Notes: generated by a model not told the origin, from the letters alone. Shown: positions 31,104-40,186, counted from the first letter of the stretch. The stretch is DNA of 64,000 bases from Phycisphaerae bacterium (GCA_963666835.2 CAXXGO010000007.1:32001-96000); one strand, 5' to 3'. Translations and numbers: made by a program.

Positions 31104-31463
31104 CCGTCTTCGCGCGATGTGCGCCGTTGTGGCAGGTCTCGTGCCTCGACCGTGCCCTACGAGCTCTTCGCGCTATGCGCGTCTTTTGAACTCACGCCAA
31201 CGGCGTTTAACAGCAAAGCCCAGGGTAAACGAAGCGGCGCAGCCGCGCAGCGCCACCCTGGGGCACGGCGCCCCTTTCCACACCAACCCCGAAGCGGGTT
31301 GAACAACGGCGCAACCCCTGTCGGGGTTGATCCTCGATGTCACCGTAATCCCAGGGTAGCCGCTGCGCAGCAACCCTGGGCTATAGGACGTAACGCCTAC
31401 CTTCCTGACATATGTCCACCCGGGTACCTTGGTAACGGACTTCGGGACTTGGGAGGACTACGC

Positions 31464-32315
31464 ATGGGGCTGCGGAACAAGAAGAAGGAGAGGCTTGAGC
31501 GTCTTGACTCGAAGACACTGGATGCCAAGTTTTTGCACGAAATCAAGCACGGACTCCATTGTTCGCCATTCGAGGCCGAGGCGGTTCTCGATGTGGTCAA
31601 GGAAGTTTACTTCCCGTACCTCGATGAACACGCCGGCAAGGCCCCACCTGGCAAGATTGGCTTGGTCGTCGTCGACGCCGACGAGCCTGCCGGGAAACCC
31701 GTCTGCGAATGCCAGAAGCAGAACGTGTGCCTGACAATCCACCGAGGTGCAGAGGATGATCGACTTCTGGAGGAGGAGGGGCCGGTCGGCTTTCGACAAG
31801 CCCGCATCCCACCGCTTTGCCAAGAAGCCCTGAGTCAAGGTGGGCTGCTCACGCGCGAAGATCTGGCCTACCGGATGTTCTTTGTTACGCCACGAACCAT
31901 TACGCGCGATTTGAACGCTCTCCGGAGTGCGTATCCCGGGGTGCTTATTCCTCTGCGAGGAATCGTACACGATCTTGGTCCCGTGTTGACTCATCGCAGC
32001 CAAATCGTGCGTTTGGCTCTGGAGGGAAAGACGACCTCACAGATCTGCACCATGCTTCGCCATTCACCGGCGGCTGTAGCGAACTACGTCTCGACATTCA
32101 CCCGTTGTGCGCAGTTGGCAAAGAAAGGTATGCAGGTCGGGCAAATCGCCTTCCTTCTGCGGAGAGGCAAGCGGTTGGTACAACAGTACCTTGATCTCCT
32201 CGACGAATGCGCGGTCGACAAGAACATGGGCTATCACCTGGAAGAACTGATGCGCCTGGGTTGTTGTGGCGGGGGGAAAAAGGGACACGGTGAAGAGGGA
32301 AGATCCGATGGGTAA
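31464..32315 (+). CDS. DUF1670-like protein A
   Basis: GGAGG RBS; EALSQGGLLTREDLA...IPLRGIVHDLGPVLTHR...HSPAAVANY (family recognised from recalled motif). Confidence 0.8.
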   Translation: MGLRNKKKERLERLDSKTLDAKFLHEIKHGLHCSPFEAEAVLDVVKEVYFPYLDEHAGKAPPGKIGLVVVDADEPAGKPVCECQKQNVCLTIHRGAEDDRLLEEEGPVGFRQARIPPLCQEALSQGGLLTREDLAYRMFFVTPRTITRDLNALRSAYPGVLIPLRGIVHDLGPVLTHRSQIVRLALEGKTTSQICTMLRHSPAAVANYVSTFTRCAQLAKKGMQVGQIAFLLRRGKRLVQQYLDLLDECAVDKNMGYHLEELMRLGCCGGGKKGHGEEGRSDG

Positions 32316-33081
32316 GCCGCGAGACACCAACAGCAGAAGATACAGTCCCCTGCAGGCGAAAACGCTGAGAAACGTGTTGGCTCACCGCATCGAAACGGAG
32401 TTTCCACGCATAGGCGGCCCACGGATTCGCAACCTGTGCGCAGAGATGATCCTTGAGGTCATCGGTGCCCACGTTCTCCCGAAGGAGCATATCCAACATG
32501 GTCAGATACTCTGGATGGCGATCAGCAGCGCAGATCCCCCGAGTCAGCGTCGACGGATTGAGGATACCGATCTGCTTCCGGTGGTCTTGGACGTGAGTAC
32601 CTTCGAGGATATCGAGATGCGTTTGCAGAAGAAGGGACGTGGAGAGTTGCTCTTACAAAAGAGCTTGAGGTTATGCCGGCAGGCGTACGAACAAGGGGGC
32701 GTTCTGTCCAACTCTGATCTCTCGGAGTTGTTAGCAGTCAATGCGTCGGACGTCTCGCGATTGTTGGCGGCGTACGAACGCGAGACCGGTCAGATCGTCC
32801 CACGTCGCGCTACTGTCCACGATGTCGGCACAGGGCTTACGCACAAACGGATCATCTGTTTCAAACATTACGCAGAAGGCAAAGCGGCTAACGAAGTGGC
32901 TCGGGAAACGTACCACAGCCTTGAGGCTGTGGATCGTTACCTGGGCCAGTACGATCGCGTCCGCCACTGCCATCTTCAGGGGCTGACGGCAAAGGAGACA
33001 GCCCATGCTTTAGGTTGCAGCATCTTCCTGGTTCAGGAGTACCTGGAGATCGATCATGAGTTGGAGGGCCAGCATGCTTGA
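32308..33081 (+). CDS. DUF1670-like protein B (paralogue of A)
   Basis: QAYEQGGVLSNSDLS...VPRRATVHDVGTGLTHK...HSLEAVDRY; overlaps gene A by 8 nt. Confidence 0.8.
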   Translation: MGKPRDTNSRRYSPLQAKTLRNVLAHRIETEFPRIGGPRIRNLCAEMILEVIGAHVLPKEHIQHGQILWMAISSADPPSQRRRIEDTDLLPVVLDVSTFEDIEMRLQKKGRGELLLQKSLRLCRQAYEQGGVLSNSDLSELLAVNASDVSRLLAAYERETGQIVPRRATVHDVGTGLTHKRIICFKHYAEGKAANEVARETYHSLEAVDRYLGQYDRVRHCHLQGLTAKETAHALGCSIFLVQEYLEIDHELEGQHA

Positions 33082-33119
33082 CTCGATGGCACAGCACGTC
33101 AGACTTGTGTGTGCTGGTC

Positions 33120-33270
33120 GAGAGGACAGGGCTCTGCTGAGGAGCACCCCGAGCGCTCGTACCAGTGCCGGGACAGGCGCGGGAGTCTGCATGCACGGCG
33201 GGCTCTCGCTCTCCCTGGCCTGTTCTGGCTCCCAAGCGACAAACCTTGGGGGTCTGGGGGCAAAGCCCCC
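33120..33270 (+). ncRNA. Candidate structured non-coding motif shared with the IS1111 element
   Basis: Homologous to 39302-39482 (minus strand); preceded by TTGACT-16 nt-CAGACT (33078-33105); ends in GGGGGC-AAA-GCCCCC hairpin. Confidence 0.55.
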
Positions 33271-33628
33271 GGTGATCGCCACACGGTCGCGGTGGACATA
33301 TGTCACTATCTACGGCGTATTTGCGACCGCGGGTGCCCAGCGTTATCGGAGCAAAGGCCTGACCGGAGTGCATTCCTACACCGTGAACGGCTCTACCGCG
33401 ACGCAGGCAATCTGGCAAATCATGGGGGAAGACGGCGCCGCCCGAGGATTCGGTTGCGGCAGATTCACCGGGCCGACCGAGCTGGCCGCCCGGCAGCCAT
33501 ACCGGCGAAGCCCAGCCGCCAAAGAGGATTCGGCTTCGATACAAAGCCGACCGAGCCGATATCGCTGATCGGCGGATAACTCGATATTGCGACAGACCGA
33601 CCCCATTTGGATATAGTAAGAACAGCTC

Positions 33629-36600
33629 ATGAGCCAAGCAGATCTAATGCAAACCGTCACCGAACGGGTGCTGGTGTTCGACGGGGCTATGGGCACCGGT
33701 CTTCATGCCCGGGAGCTGTCGATATCGGACTATGGAGGTCACGAAGGCTGCCCGGAGGTTCTGGTTCGAACTCGCCCGGACGTCATTCTGGATATCCACA
33801 GGTCGTTTCTGGCGGTCGGCTGTGACGCGGTGCTGACAAACACCTTCGGGGCCAACCAGGTCGTTTTGATCGACTACGACCTTGCGGACCAGACCTTCGA
33901 ACTCAACAAGGCGGCCGCCGAGCTGGCTTGCCGGGCGTGCCGCGACTTCGAGAGGCCGGGTCGCCCGCGGTTCGCCGTCGGTTCGATCGGGCCGGGTACG
34001 CGCCTTCCCACGTTGGGCCAGATTACCTGGGACGAGCTGGTTCAAAGTTATCGAGAACAGACCCTGGGGCTGCTCGCAGGGGGCGTCGATGCGGTCGTTA
34101 TCGAAACCTGCCAGGACATCCTCCAGGCGAAATCGGCAATCGTGGCGGCCGGTGACGCCATGACCGAACAGAACCGCGAGGTGCCGATCTTCTGCACCGT
34201 TACGATCCAGCCGACCGGGACAATGCTGGTCGGAACGGATCTCGCCGCGGCCGTGACCACAATACAGGCATTCGACCGGGTGGCCGCAATCGGGGTGAAC
34301 TGCGCGACCGGCCCGCAGGAGATGGCCGAGCACGTTCATTACCTTAGCAGTTGTTGTGCCCGCCCGCTGATCGTGCAGCCGAACGCGGGACTGCCTCAGC
34401 TTCTCGATGGTCAGCCTCACTACGATCTGACCCCCGAGGAGTTTGCGAAGTGGATGGTCGAGTTCGTCGACCGTGACGGAGTGAGTATCGTCGGCGGGTG
34501 CTGCGGGACGACCCCGGAGCATCTTGCGGCCGTGGTCGACGCTCTCGATGGTCACCGGCCGAAAACGCGCCGGGACAAGTCAGAGCCGGCCCTGAGCAGC
34601 GTGTATCAGTCCGTTACCTTCCGGCAGGAAAACACGGTGTTGATGATCGGCGAGAGGACCAACGCCAACGGCTCGAAGAGGTTCCGTGAACTCCTGGCTG
34701 AGGACGATTTCGACGGGATGTTGCAGGTTGCTCGTCAGCAGATCGACGACGGCAGCCATCTGCTGGACGTCTGCACCGCCCAGGTAGGTCGCGACGAAGA
34801 GCGGGACATGATCGAGCTGATCCGGCGCCTCGCCGTCGACATTACGGCGCCGTTGGTTATCGACAGCACCGAGCCCGCGGTAATCGAAGCGGCCTTGAAG
34901 CTGCTCGGCGGTAAGGCGATCATCAACTCGATCAACTTGGAGGACGGCGAGGAGAAGGCGGCGGCGGTGTGCAGGCTGGCACGTCGTTACGGGGCGGCCT
35001 TGATCGCCCTGACTATCGATGAAGCCGGGATGGCCAAGACGTGCTCGCGGAAAGTGGAGATTGCCCGGCGTCTATATGAGCTGGCCGTCAACCGTCACGG
35101 ACTGCACCCGGAGGACCTTATCTTCGACCCGCTGACCTTTACCGTCGGCACGGGCAATCCTCAGGACTCCGGGCTGGCCTTGGAGACGCTGGACGCCGTT
35201 GCGGAGATCAAGAGCGTTTTGCCGAACGTCCACACTCTGTTAGGCGTCAGCAATGTCAGCTTCGGCCTCAAGCCACCGGTCCGGCGGGTGCTCAATAGCG
35301 TGTTCTTGCATCACGCGCAGCAGCGGGGGTTGGACGCGGCGATCCTGCACCCCACGGGGATCCTTCCGCTTCATTCGATCAACGAGCATCACCGCCGGTT
35401 GGCCGAAGATCTCATCTTCAACCGGCGGAGCGGCGAATACGACCCGCTCGCGGAGTTGCTCGAAGCTCTGGCAGATGCCCCGCAGGAAACGGCGCGGGTC
35501 ATCGAGCTGCCGCCTAAGGTCGAGGACCGCCTGAGGAAACGGATTATAAGCGGCGAACGCCGGGATCTGGCGGAAGACCTGGATGAAGCGTTGGGCACGC
35601 ACACCGCGGAGGACATTATCAACGACATCCTGTTCGACGGGATGAACACGGTGGGCGACCTGTTCGGGGCGGGGCAAACGCAGCTTCCCTTCGTACTCCG
35701 CTCGGCGGAGACCATGAAGGCGGCCGTGCAGTACCTTGAACCGCACATGAGCCGCGACGCCGCGGCCGACAAAGGGACTCTGGTCCTAGCCACGGTCCGG
35801 GGCGACGTTCACGACATCGGCAAGAACCTCGTAGACATCATCCTGACCAACAACGGCTACACCGTCCACGATCTGGGCATCAAGCAGCCTATCAGTAATA
35901 TCATTAAGGCGTGCAACGAGTACGAGCCCGATGCCATTGGCATGTCAGGATTACTCGTGAAATCTACGGTAGTCATGCGCGAGAACCTGCAGACCCTCAA
36001 CGAGCACGGAATCACTACCCCGGTGATTCTGGGCGGCGCCGCCTTGACCCGCAGATTCGTCGAGCAGGATCTTAGAGCCGAATACGGCGGTCCGGTGTAT
36101 TTCGCCAAAGACGCCTTTGCCGGCCTGCGTTTGATGGATGAAATCACTACCGACCGGGCCCGAGCGTCTGCCGCGGTGGAACGCCTGCTCACTCCGATTG
36201 CCGGGGCGGTAATCGGCAACGCCCCGCCCGCGGTCTCTGAGATCTACGAAGCGGGAGGGGAACATTCGGAACACCCGGAGTACATCCCGCCTCGGTCGGA
36301 CATATCGCGGGACGAGCCCGTGCCCGAGCCTCCCTTCTGGGGAGCGCGAGTTCTGGAAAACGTGCCGATCGGAGAGGTCGCCGCTCACCTCGACGAGAAG
36401 GCGCTCTTTCAGGTTCATTGGCAATACCGCAAGAACCGCAGAAGCCTACAGGAGTATGGCCGGTTCCTCGATACCGAAGTCCGCCCGATCCTTTGTGATC
36501 TGCTCGATCGATGCGTTCGAGAGGACATTCTGAAGCTGCAGGCGGTCTACGGCTTCTGGCCCGCCCAGGCCGAGGGTGACAGCCTGGTGGTCTATGACCC

Positions 36601-37117
36601 GCATGACCGCAACGCGCGTCTTACCGAGTTCGAGTTCCCCCGCATGGGCAAGCCGCCGTACTGGTGCATCAGCGACTTCTTCAGACCGGCTGACGGCGGG
36701 GTCTTTGATGTCGTCGCGTTCATGCTGGTGACTGCAGGCCGGCGGGTCGGCGAGGTTGCGCACGATCTGCGGGCGGCCAATCGGTATCAGGATTACCTGC
36801 ACCTCCACGGTCTGGGCGTAGAGATGACCGAAGCGTTGGCCGAGTATCTGCATCAGCGGATTCGCACCGAATGGGGAATCGGGGGGAACGCCCCCGAAGA
36901 CCAAAGGAAGATCGGCGTGCAATCTCGGCAGGGTTCGCGCTATAGCTTCGGTTATCCGGCTTGTCCGCGCTTGGAGGACCAAGTGAAACTCTGGCCTCTC
37001 CTCGAACCGGAACGACTCGGCGTGAGCCTCTCGGAGACGTGCCAGTTAGAGCCGGAGCAAACCGCCACCGCCCTAATCGCTCACCATCGTCAAGCGAAGT
37101 ACTTCAGCGTGAGCTAG
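33629..37117 (+). CDS. metH: Cobalamin-dependent methionine synthase
   Basis: FDGAMGT, GVNCATGP, GGCCGTTP, IGERTNANGS, GDVHDIGKN, RYSFGYPACP. Confidence 0.97.
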   Translation: MSQADLMQTVTERVLVFDGAMGTGLHARELSISDYGGHEGCPEVLVRTRPDVILDIHRSFLAVGCDAVLTNTFGANQVVLIDYDLADQTFELNKAAAELACRACRDFERPGRPRFAVGSIGPGTRLPTLGQITWDELVQSYREQTLGLLAGGVDAVVIETCQDILQAKSAIVAAGDAMTEQNREVPIFCTVTIQPTGTMLVGTDLAAAVTTIQAFDRVAAIGVNCATGPQEMAEHVHYLSSCCARPLIVQPNAGLPQLLDGQPHYDLTPEEFAKWMVEFVDRDGVSIVGGCCGTTPEHLAAVVDALDGHRPKTRRDKSEPALSSVYQSVTFRQENTVLMIGERTNANGSKRFRELLAEDDFDGMLQVARQQIDDGSHLLDVCTAQVGRDEERDMIELIRRLAVDITAPLVIDSTEPAVIEAALKLLGGKAIINSINLEDGEEKAAAVCRLARRYGAALIALTIDEAGMAKTCSRKVEIARRLYELAVNRHGLHPEDLIFDPLTFTVGTGNPQDSGLALETLDAVAEIKSVLPNVHTLLGVSNVSFGLKPPVRRVLNSVFLHHAQQRGLDAAILHPTGILPLHSINEHHRRLAEDLIFNRRSGEYDPLAELLEALADAPQETARVIELPPKVEDRLRKRIISGERRDLAEDLDEALGTHTAEDIINDILFDGMNTVGDLFGAGQTQLPFVLRSAETMKAAVQYLEPHMSRDAAADKGTLVLATVRGDVHDIGKNLVDIILTNNGYTVHDLGIKQPISNIIKACNEYEPDAIGMSGLLVKSTVVMRENLQTLNEHGITTPVILGGAALTRRFVEQDLRAEYGGPVYFAKDAFAGLRLMDEITTDRARASAAVERLLTPIAGAVIGNAPPAVSEIYEAGGEHSEHPEYIPPRSDISRDEPVPEPPFWGARVLENVPIGEVAAHLDEKALFQVHWQYRKNRRSLQEYGRFLDTEVRPILCDLLDRCVREDILKLQAVYGFWPAQAEGDSLVVYDPHDRNARLTEFEFPRMGKPPYWCISDFFRPADGGVFDVVAFMLVTAGRRVGEVAHDLRAANRYQDYLHLHGLGVEMTEALAEYLHQRIRTEWGIGGNAPEDQRKIGVQSRQGSRYSFGYPACPRLEDQVKLWPLLEPERLGVSLSETCQLEPEQTATALIAHHRQAKYFSVS

Positions 37118-37128
37118 AACGAGCGGGT

Positions 37129-37536
37129 GTCGGAGTAGGAATCCCGGTTGCCCGGGACCCCCTCCACAGATCCCAGCGTGCGGGACTGCCGCACTGGGCT
37201 CCTACCTTGGGCCATAACGGCCAGGTGTCGGTCGGGGTAAGGATGTAGGATCTTGGGAGCGGGTATCCACTGCTTGGCCAGACGGTTCATGCGGGCCCAG
37301 GTAATCCGAGTCTTCTCGCTACGACGCCGGAGCGTCCAGCGCCAGAGACGAACAACCTCATCCCGAAACGCCGTTAAGGCCGGGTAGTTCCGCGGCACCG
37401 CATAATACCGATAGTACCCGAGAACCACCGCTCGCAAATACGCACCCACCTCTCGAACGGGGGCATGCAGATGTCGCCGAAGCTCTTGCTTAATCGCTTT
37501 GAGCTTCGCACGCCGTCGTTTCGCGACAGTCTGCCG
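37129..37536 (-). mobile_element. 5'-truncated copy (3' 408 nt) of the class E-type group II intron
   Basis: Near-identical to 12585-12992, including the maturase C-terminus, DV and DVI. Confidence 0.92.
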
Positions 37537-37589
37537 CTATCCCTACGCCATCGTCTCGTCTTGTCGAGAATCCCGTCGCGCACAAGCGG

Positions 37590-37787
37590 TCTGGGCTTCG
37601 CCAGTCCATGGATGGCTCGCCGCAAACGCCCGGCCGAATCGCGTTTGTCTTCCTGCGGACCGATGATTCACCTCCGGTTGCTCCCCACCCCGCCTCACGG
37701 CGACGCAGTTACCTTCAGTTACAGGCCGGAGAACGCATGCCTGAAGGGGACTTGCACCCCTCCGATCAAGTACACTCTTAGGCGCAC
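37590..37787 (-). mobile_element. 5' fragment (domain I) of a IIC-type group II intron
   Basis: Starts GTGCG at 37787; AGGGGTGCAAGTCCCCT; AACTGCGTCGCCGTGAGGCGGGGTGGGGAGCAACC; lies 3 nt after a hairpin once the IS is removed. Confidence 0.75.
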
Positions 37788-37865
37788 TAATCGCATGAAA
37801 GGCTGTCTCCCGCCGGACGGTAGGATGTCCGTTCGGCGGTCGGGAGGACCAATAGGGAGACGACC

Positions 37866-39053
37866 ATGAAGAAGGACAGAATGGTAGCGCAGATTGGCTT
37901 GGATAGCCACAGGAAGTTCAGCTCGGTGACGGCACGGGGAGAAGACAACAGGATTGTATGGCGGCAGCGTCTCGAGCACTGGAATCGGGACGAGGTACGG
38001 GAACGCCTGCAGTCTTGGCCGGTTGGGACTCCCGTGATTCTCGAGGGGACGTTCGGGTGGGGCTGGTTGGCGGACGAGTTGACCGCGGCGGGGTTGGATC
38101 CGCACTTGGCATCGAGTCGGAAAGTGGCTGGCTGGCGGGAGGTTCGGGGAATCGCGAAGTCCAACCGGACGGATGCAGATCTGTTGTCGGAGCTGTGGTC
38201 GGAGAAGTCGCGGTGGTGGGAGGTCTGGCTGGCGCCGCGGGCGGTTCGGGACGAGCGAGAACGGATGCGGTACCGAATGAGCTTGGTGCAGATGCAGACG
38301 CGGCTCAAGAATCAGATTCACGCCATCCTGCATCGGCACGGGATCTTGCATGAGTTTTCCGACCTTTTCGGCCGGGCCGGCCGGCGTATGTTGGATGGTC
38401 TGGTAACGCCGAAGGATGAGACGCTTCGAGCCAGCGCGAAGGCTGCGTTGAAGGGGTATCTGCAATTGCTCGATCATGTGCGTCGCCAGATTGCACGGGT
38501 CACGCGAGAAATTCGCCGGGAGCTCAAGAAGGATCCAAACGGCGAACGCTTGCGTACGATCCCGGGGATTGACGTGGTTTTGGCGTATACGATTCTGGCG
38601 GAGATCGGACGAATCAGCCGATTCCCAAACCGGAAACACTTGGCTTCGTACGCCTTGTTGGCTCCGCGCGCGGACGACAGCGGTGATGAGGACGATGAGA
38701 CACCCAAGGGGCGGCATGTGGGACGGATCGGTCGCCGTACGCTGAAATGGGCGTTTATCGAGGCCGCCCGCGGCGCAGTACGGAAGGATAAGCGTTTTCG
38801 GGAGATCTTTGACCGACGCACAGACGGGGGGAAGAAGGACCGCAATCGCGGCTACATCACCGTGGCTCACGATTTGACGCGTGTGGTACACGTGATGTGG
38901 AAAAAGGAGATCGACTACATGGACGATCCGCCGGATCGTCCACGGACAGCATCAAAGAAACGCCGTCCGGCAAGAACGGCAAGGAAGCGACTTCGAAAGA
39001 AATCTCGTCCGGGAACGGGCCAGCCCGAGGACCCTATGGTCGTTGCTGTCTGA
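37866..39053 (+). CDS. IS110-family DEDD recombinase/transposase
   Basis: IGLDSH, ILEGT, KSNRTDA, TIPGID, EIGRISRF, DDSG serine motif, LKWAFIEAA. Confidence 0.95.
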   Translation: MKKDRMVAQIGLDSHRKFSSVTARGEDNRIVWRQRLEHWNRDEVRERLQSWPVGTPVILEGTFGWGWLADELTAAGLDPHLASSRKVAGWREVRGIAKSNRTDADLLSELWSEKSRWWEVWLAPRAVRDERERMRYRMSLVQMQTRLKNQIHAILHRHGILHEFSDLFGRAGRRMLDGLVTPKDETLRASAKAALKGYLQLLDHVRRQIARVTREIRRELKKDPNGERLRTIPGIDVVLAYTILAEIGRISRFPNRKHLASYALLAPRADDSGDEDDETPKGRHVGRIGRRTLKWAFIEAARGAVRKDKRFREIFDRRTDGGKKDRNRGYITVAHDLTRVVHVMWKKEIDYMDDPPDRPRTASKKRRPARTARKRLRKKSRPGTGQPEDPMVVAV

Positions 39054-39210
39054 GAAGACGGCTCCAGGCCTCGTAGTAAATGGGCCGCCCGTACCGGACG
39101 AGATCATGCGACCCCGCGCCCGGTGTCCCATGGTGGCATCGGATCGACATCATGTTGTTATGTCGGCAGGCAAGCGGTAGCGCGAATGGATAGATGGACC
39201 GATCGAGAGA
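39002..39210 (+). ncRNA. Predicted bridge/seek RNA of the IS1111 element
   Basis: 11-bp stem 39002-39012/39094-39104 encloses GGACCCTA and CGTA (target matches); CATGCGA and ATGGATA match the donor junction. Confidence 0.65.
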
Positions 39211-39661
39211 TCTAGTCCGAACCGGTACACGGACGAGACAGATACGAGAAAGACACTGGGAAACGCCCGCGGGGTCGGGCTTTCCCGCCTACGGCGGAAC
39301 TGGGGGCGCTGCCCCCAGACCCCCGGAGTTTATCGCTTTGGACCAAGAGCAGACTGCAGAACATATGATAAGAGGCGTCCACCAGCTACGATGGACGCCC
39401 CTGCCCTTGACCAGGTCGTCAAGAGTCTGCCCTCGGGTCTTGCGGGCGCTCGGGTCGCACTCCTGCGTTGCCCTACCCTCTCGCAAGACAACGCCAGGAT
39501 AATCGGATTGACCCCAATCGAACAGCCCCGTTGCCTGCCGAATCAGCAAGCAGCCGGGCCGAATGGGAATGTTTTATACTTGACCGGGACATGCCTTTCA
39601 TGGATAGGGTCCGCTGTGCGGACCATCTGTCTTTGACCGTTTCGCTGCTCGAGAATGCACA

Positions 39662-40186
39662 GTGCTCGCCAACCTGCTGGACAATACGGTAGTGCAGATC
39701 CTTGGAATGGCGGTAATCGCCTGTTTCATTGGGGATCTTGGCTGCGGTCTGATGTCGAGGCATTTGTTCGCAACCGAGTTCACGCACTTCGAAGGCGCGC
39801 AGGAGAGGCGAGACGCAGTGGAGCGTGCCAAGCGCGCGCCGCGCAGGCGACTGTGGTGGCGGTTACTGCGGCGATGCTTGGTCATTGTTCCGGCTGCTCT
39901 GGTCGCGTACGAAGTCGCTCAACTGATAGGCCGGACTGTCTCCATTCCGGATCGATATCTGGAAGTCGTTTGCATGGGCGTGGTTTTTGGGGCAACGGCT
40001 TGGGGCGAGCTGTGGGTTGCGGCAAGGCGGATCCGCCTCAACCTCCGCCGACGGCTCAACGACCAGGGGGCAGTGGTTTGCATGCGCTGCGGCTACGACC
40101 TGCGTGGGCAGGTTGAGCGCCGTTGCCCGGAGTGTGGGGAGCCCTTTGAGTGCCCGGGGGAAGACGGGTCGGGTCAAGATCGATGA
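39662..40186 (+). CDS. Membrane protein with C-terminal zinc ribbon
   Basis: Hydrophobic segments then CMRCGYDLRG...CPECG. Confidence 0.75.
   Translation: MLANLLDNTVVQILGMAVIACFIGDLGCGLMSRHLFATEFTHFEGAQERRDAVERAKRAPRRRLWWRLLRRCLVIVPAALVAYEVAQLIGRTVSIPDRYLEVVCMGVVFGATAWGELWVAARRIRLNLRRRLNDQGAVVCMRCGYDLRGQVERRCPECGEPFECPGEDGSGQDR

Larger units (their letters stand above)
31401..33313 (+). mobile_element. Putative novel insertion element encoding two DUF1670-like proteins
   Basis: Perfect 15-bp IR TGACATATGTCCACC (31406-31420)/GGTGGACATATGTCA (33291-33305); CTAC at 31397-31400 and 33310-33313; removal restores the REP hairpin AACGCC-TAC-GGCGT. Confidence 0.85.
37788..39604 (+). mobile_element. 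IS110-family, IS1111-subgroup insertion sequence
   Basis: Sub-terminal IRs CATGAAAGGC (37794-37803)/GCCTTTCATG (39593-39602); TA core at both ends; long 3' non-coding region; circle junction would form TTGACC-17-GATAAT. Confidence 0.88.

Noticed and set aside
30987..31463. N-terminal extension of DUF1670-like gene A (442-aa ORF)
   Set aside because: Reads through REP repeats and across the element boundary; a GGAGG RBS supports ATG 31464
31421..31463. Guide-like matches to target/donor in the DUF1670-like element (TACCTT, GTAACG; also ACGGCG in the right non-coding region)
   Set aside because: Only 6-nt matches with no enclosing structure, compatible with chance; RNA guidance is not claimed
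33320..33628. SAM or cobalamin riboswitch upstream of metH
   Set aside because: No consensus core motifs could be found by eye; an Infernal search would be needed to exclude one
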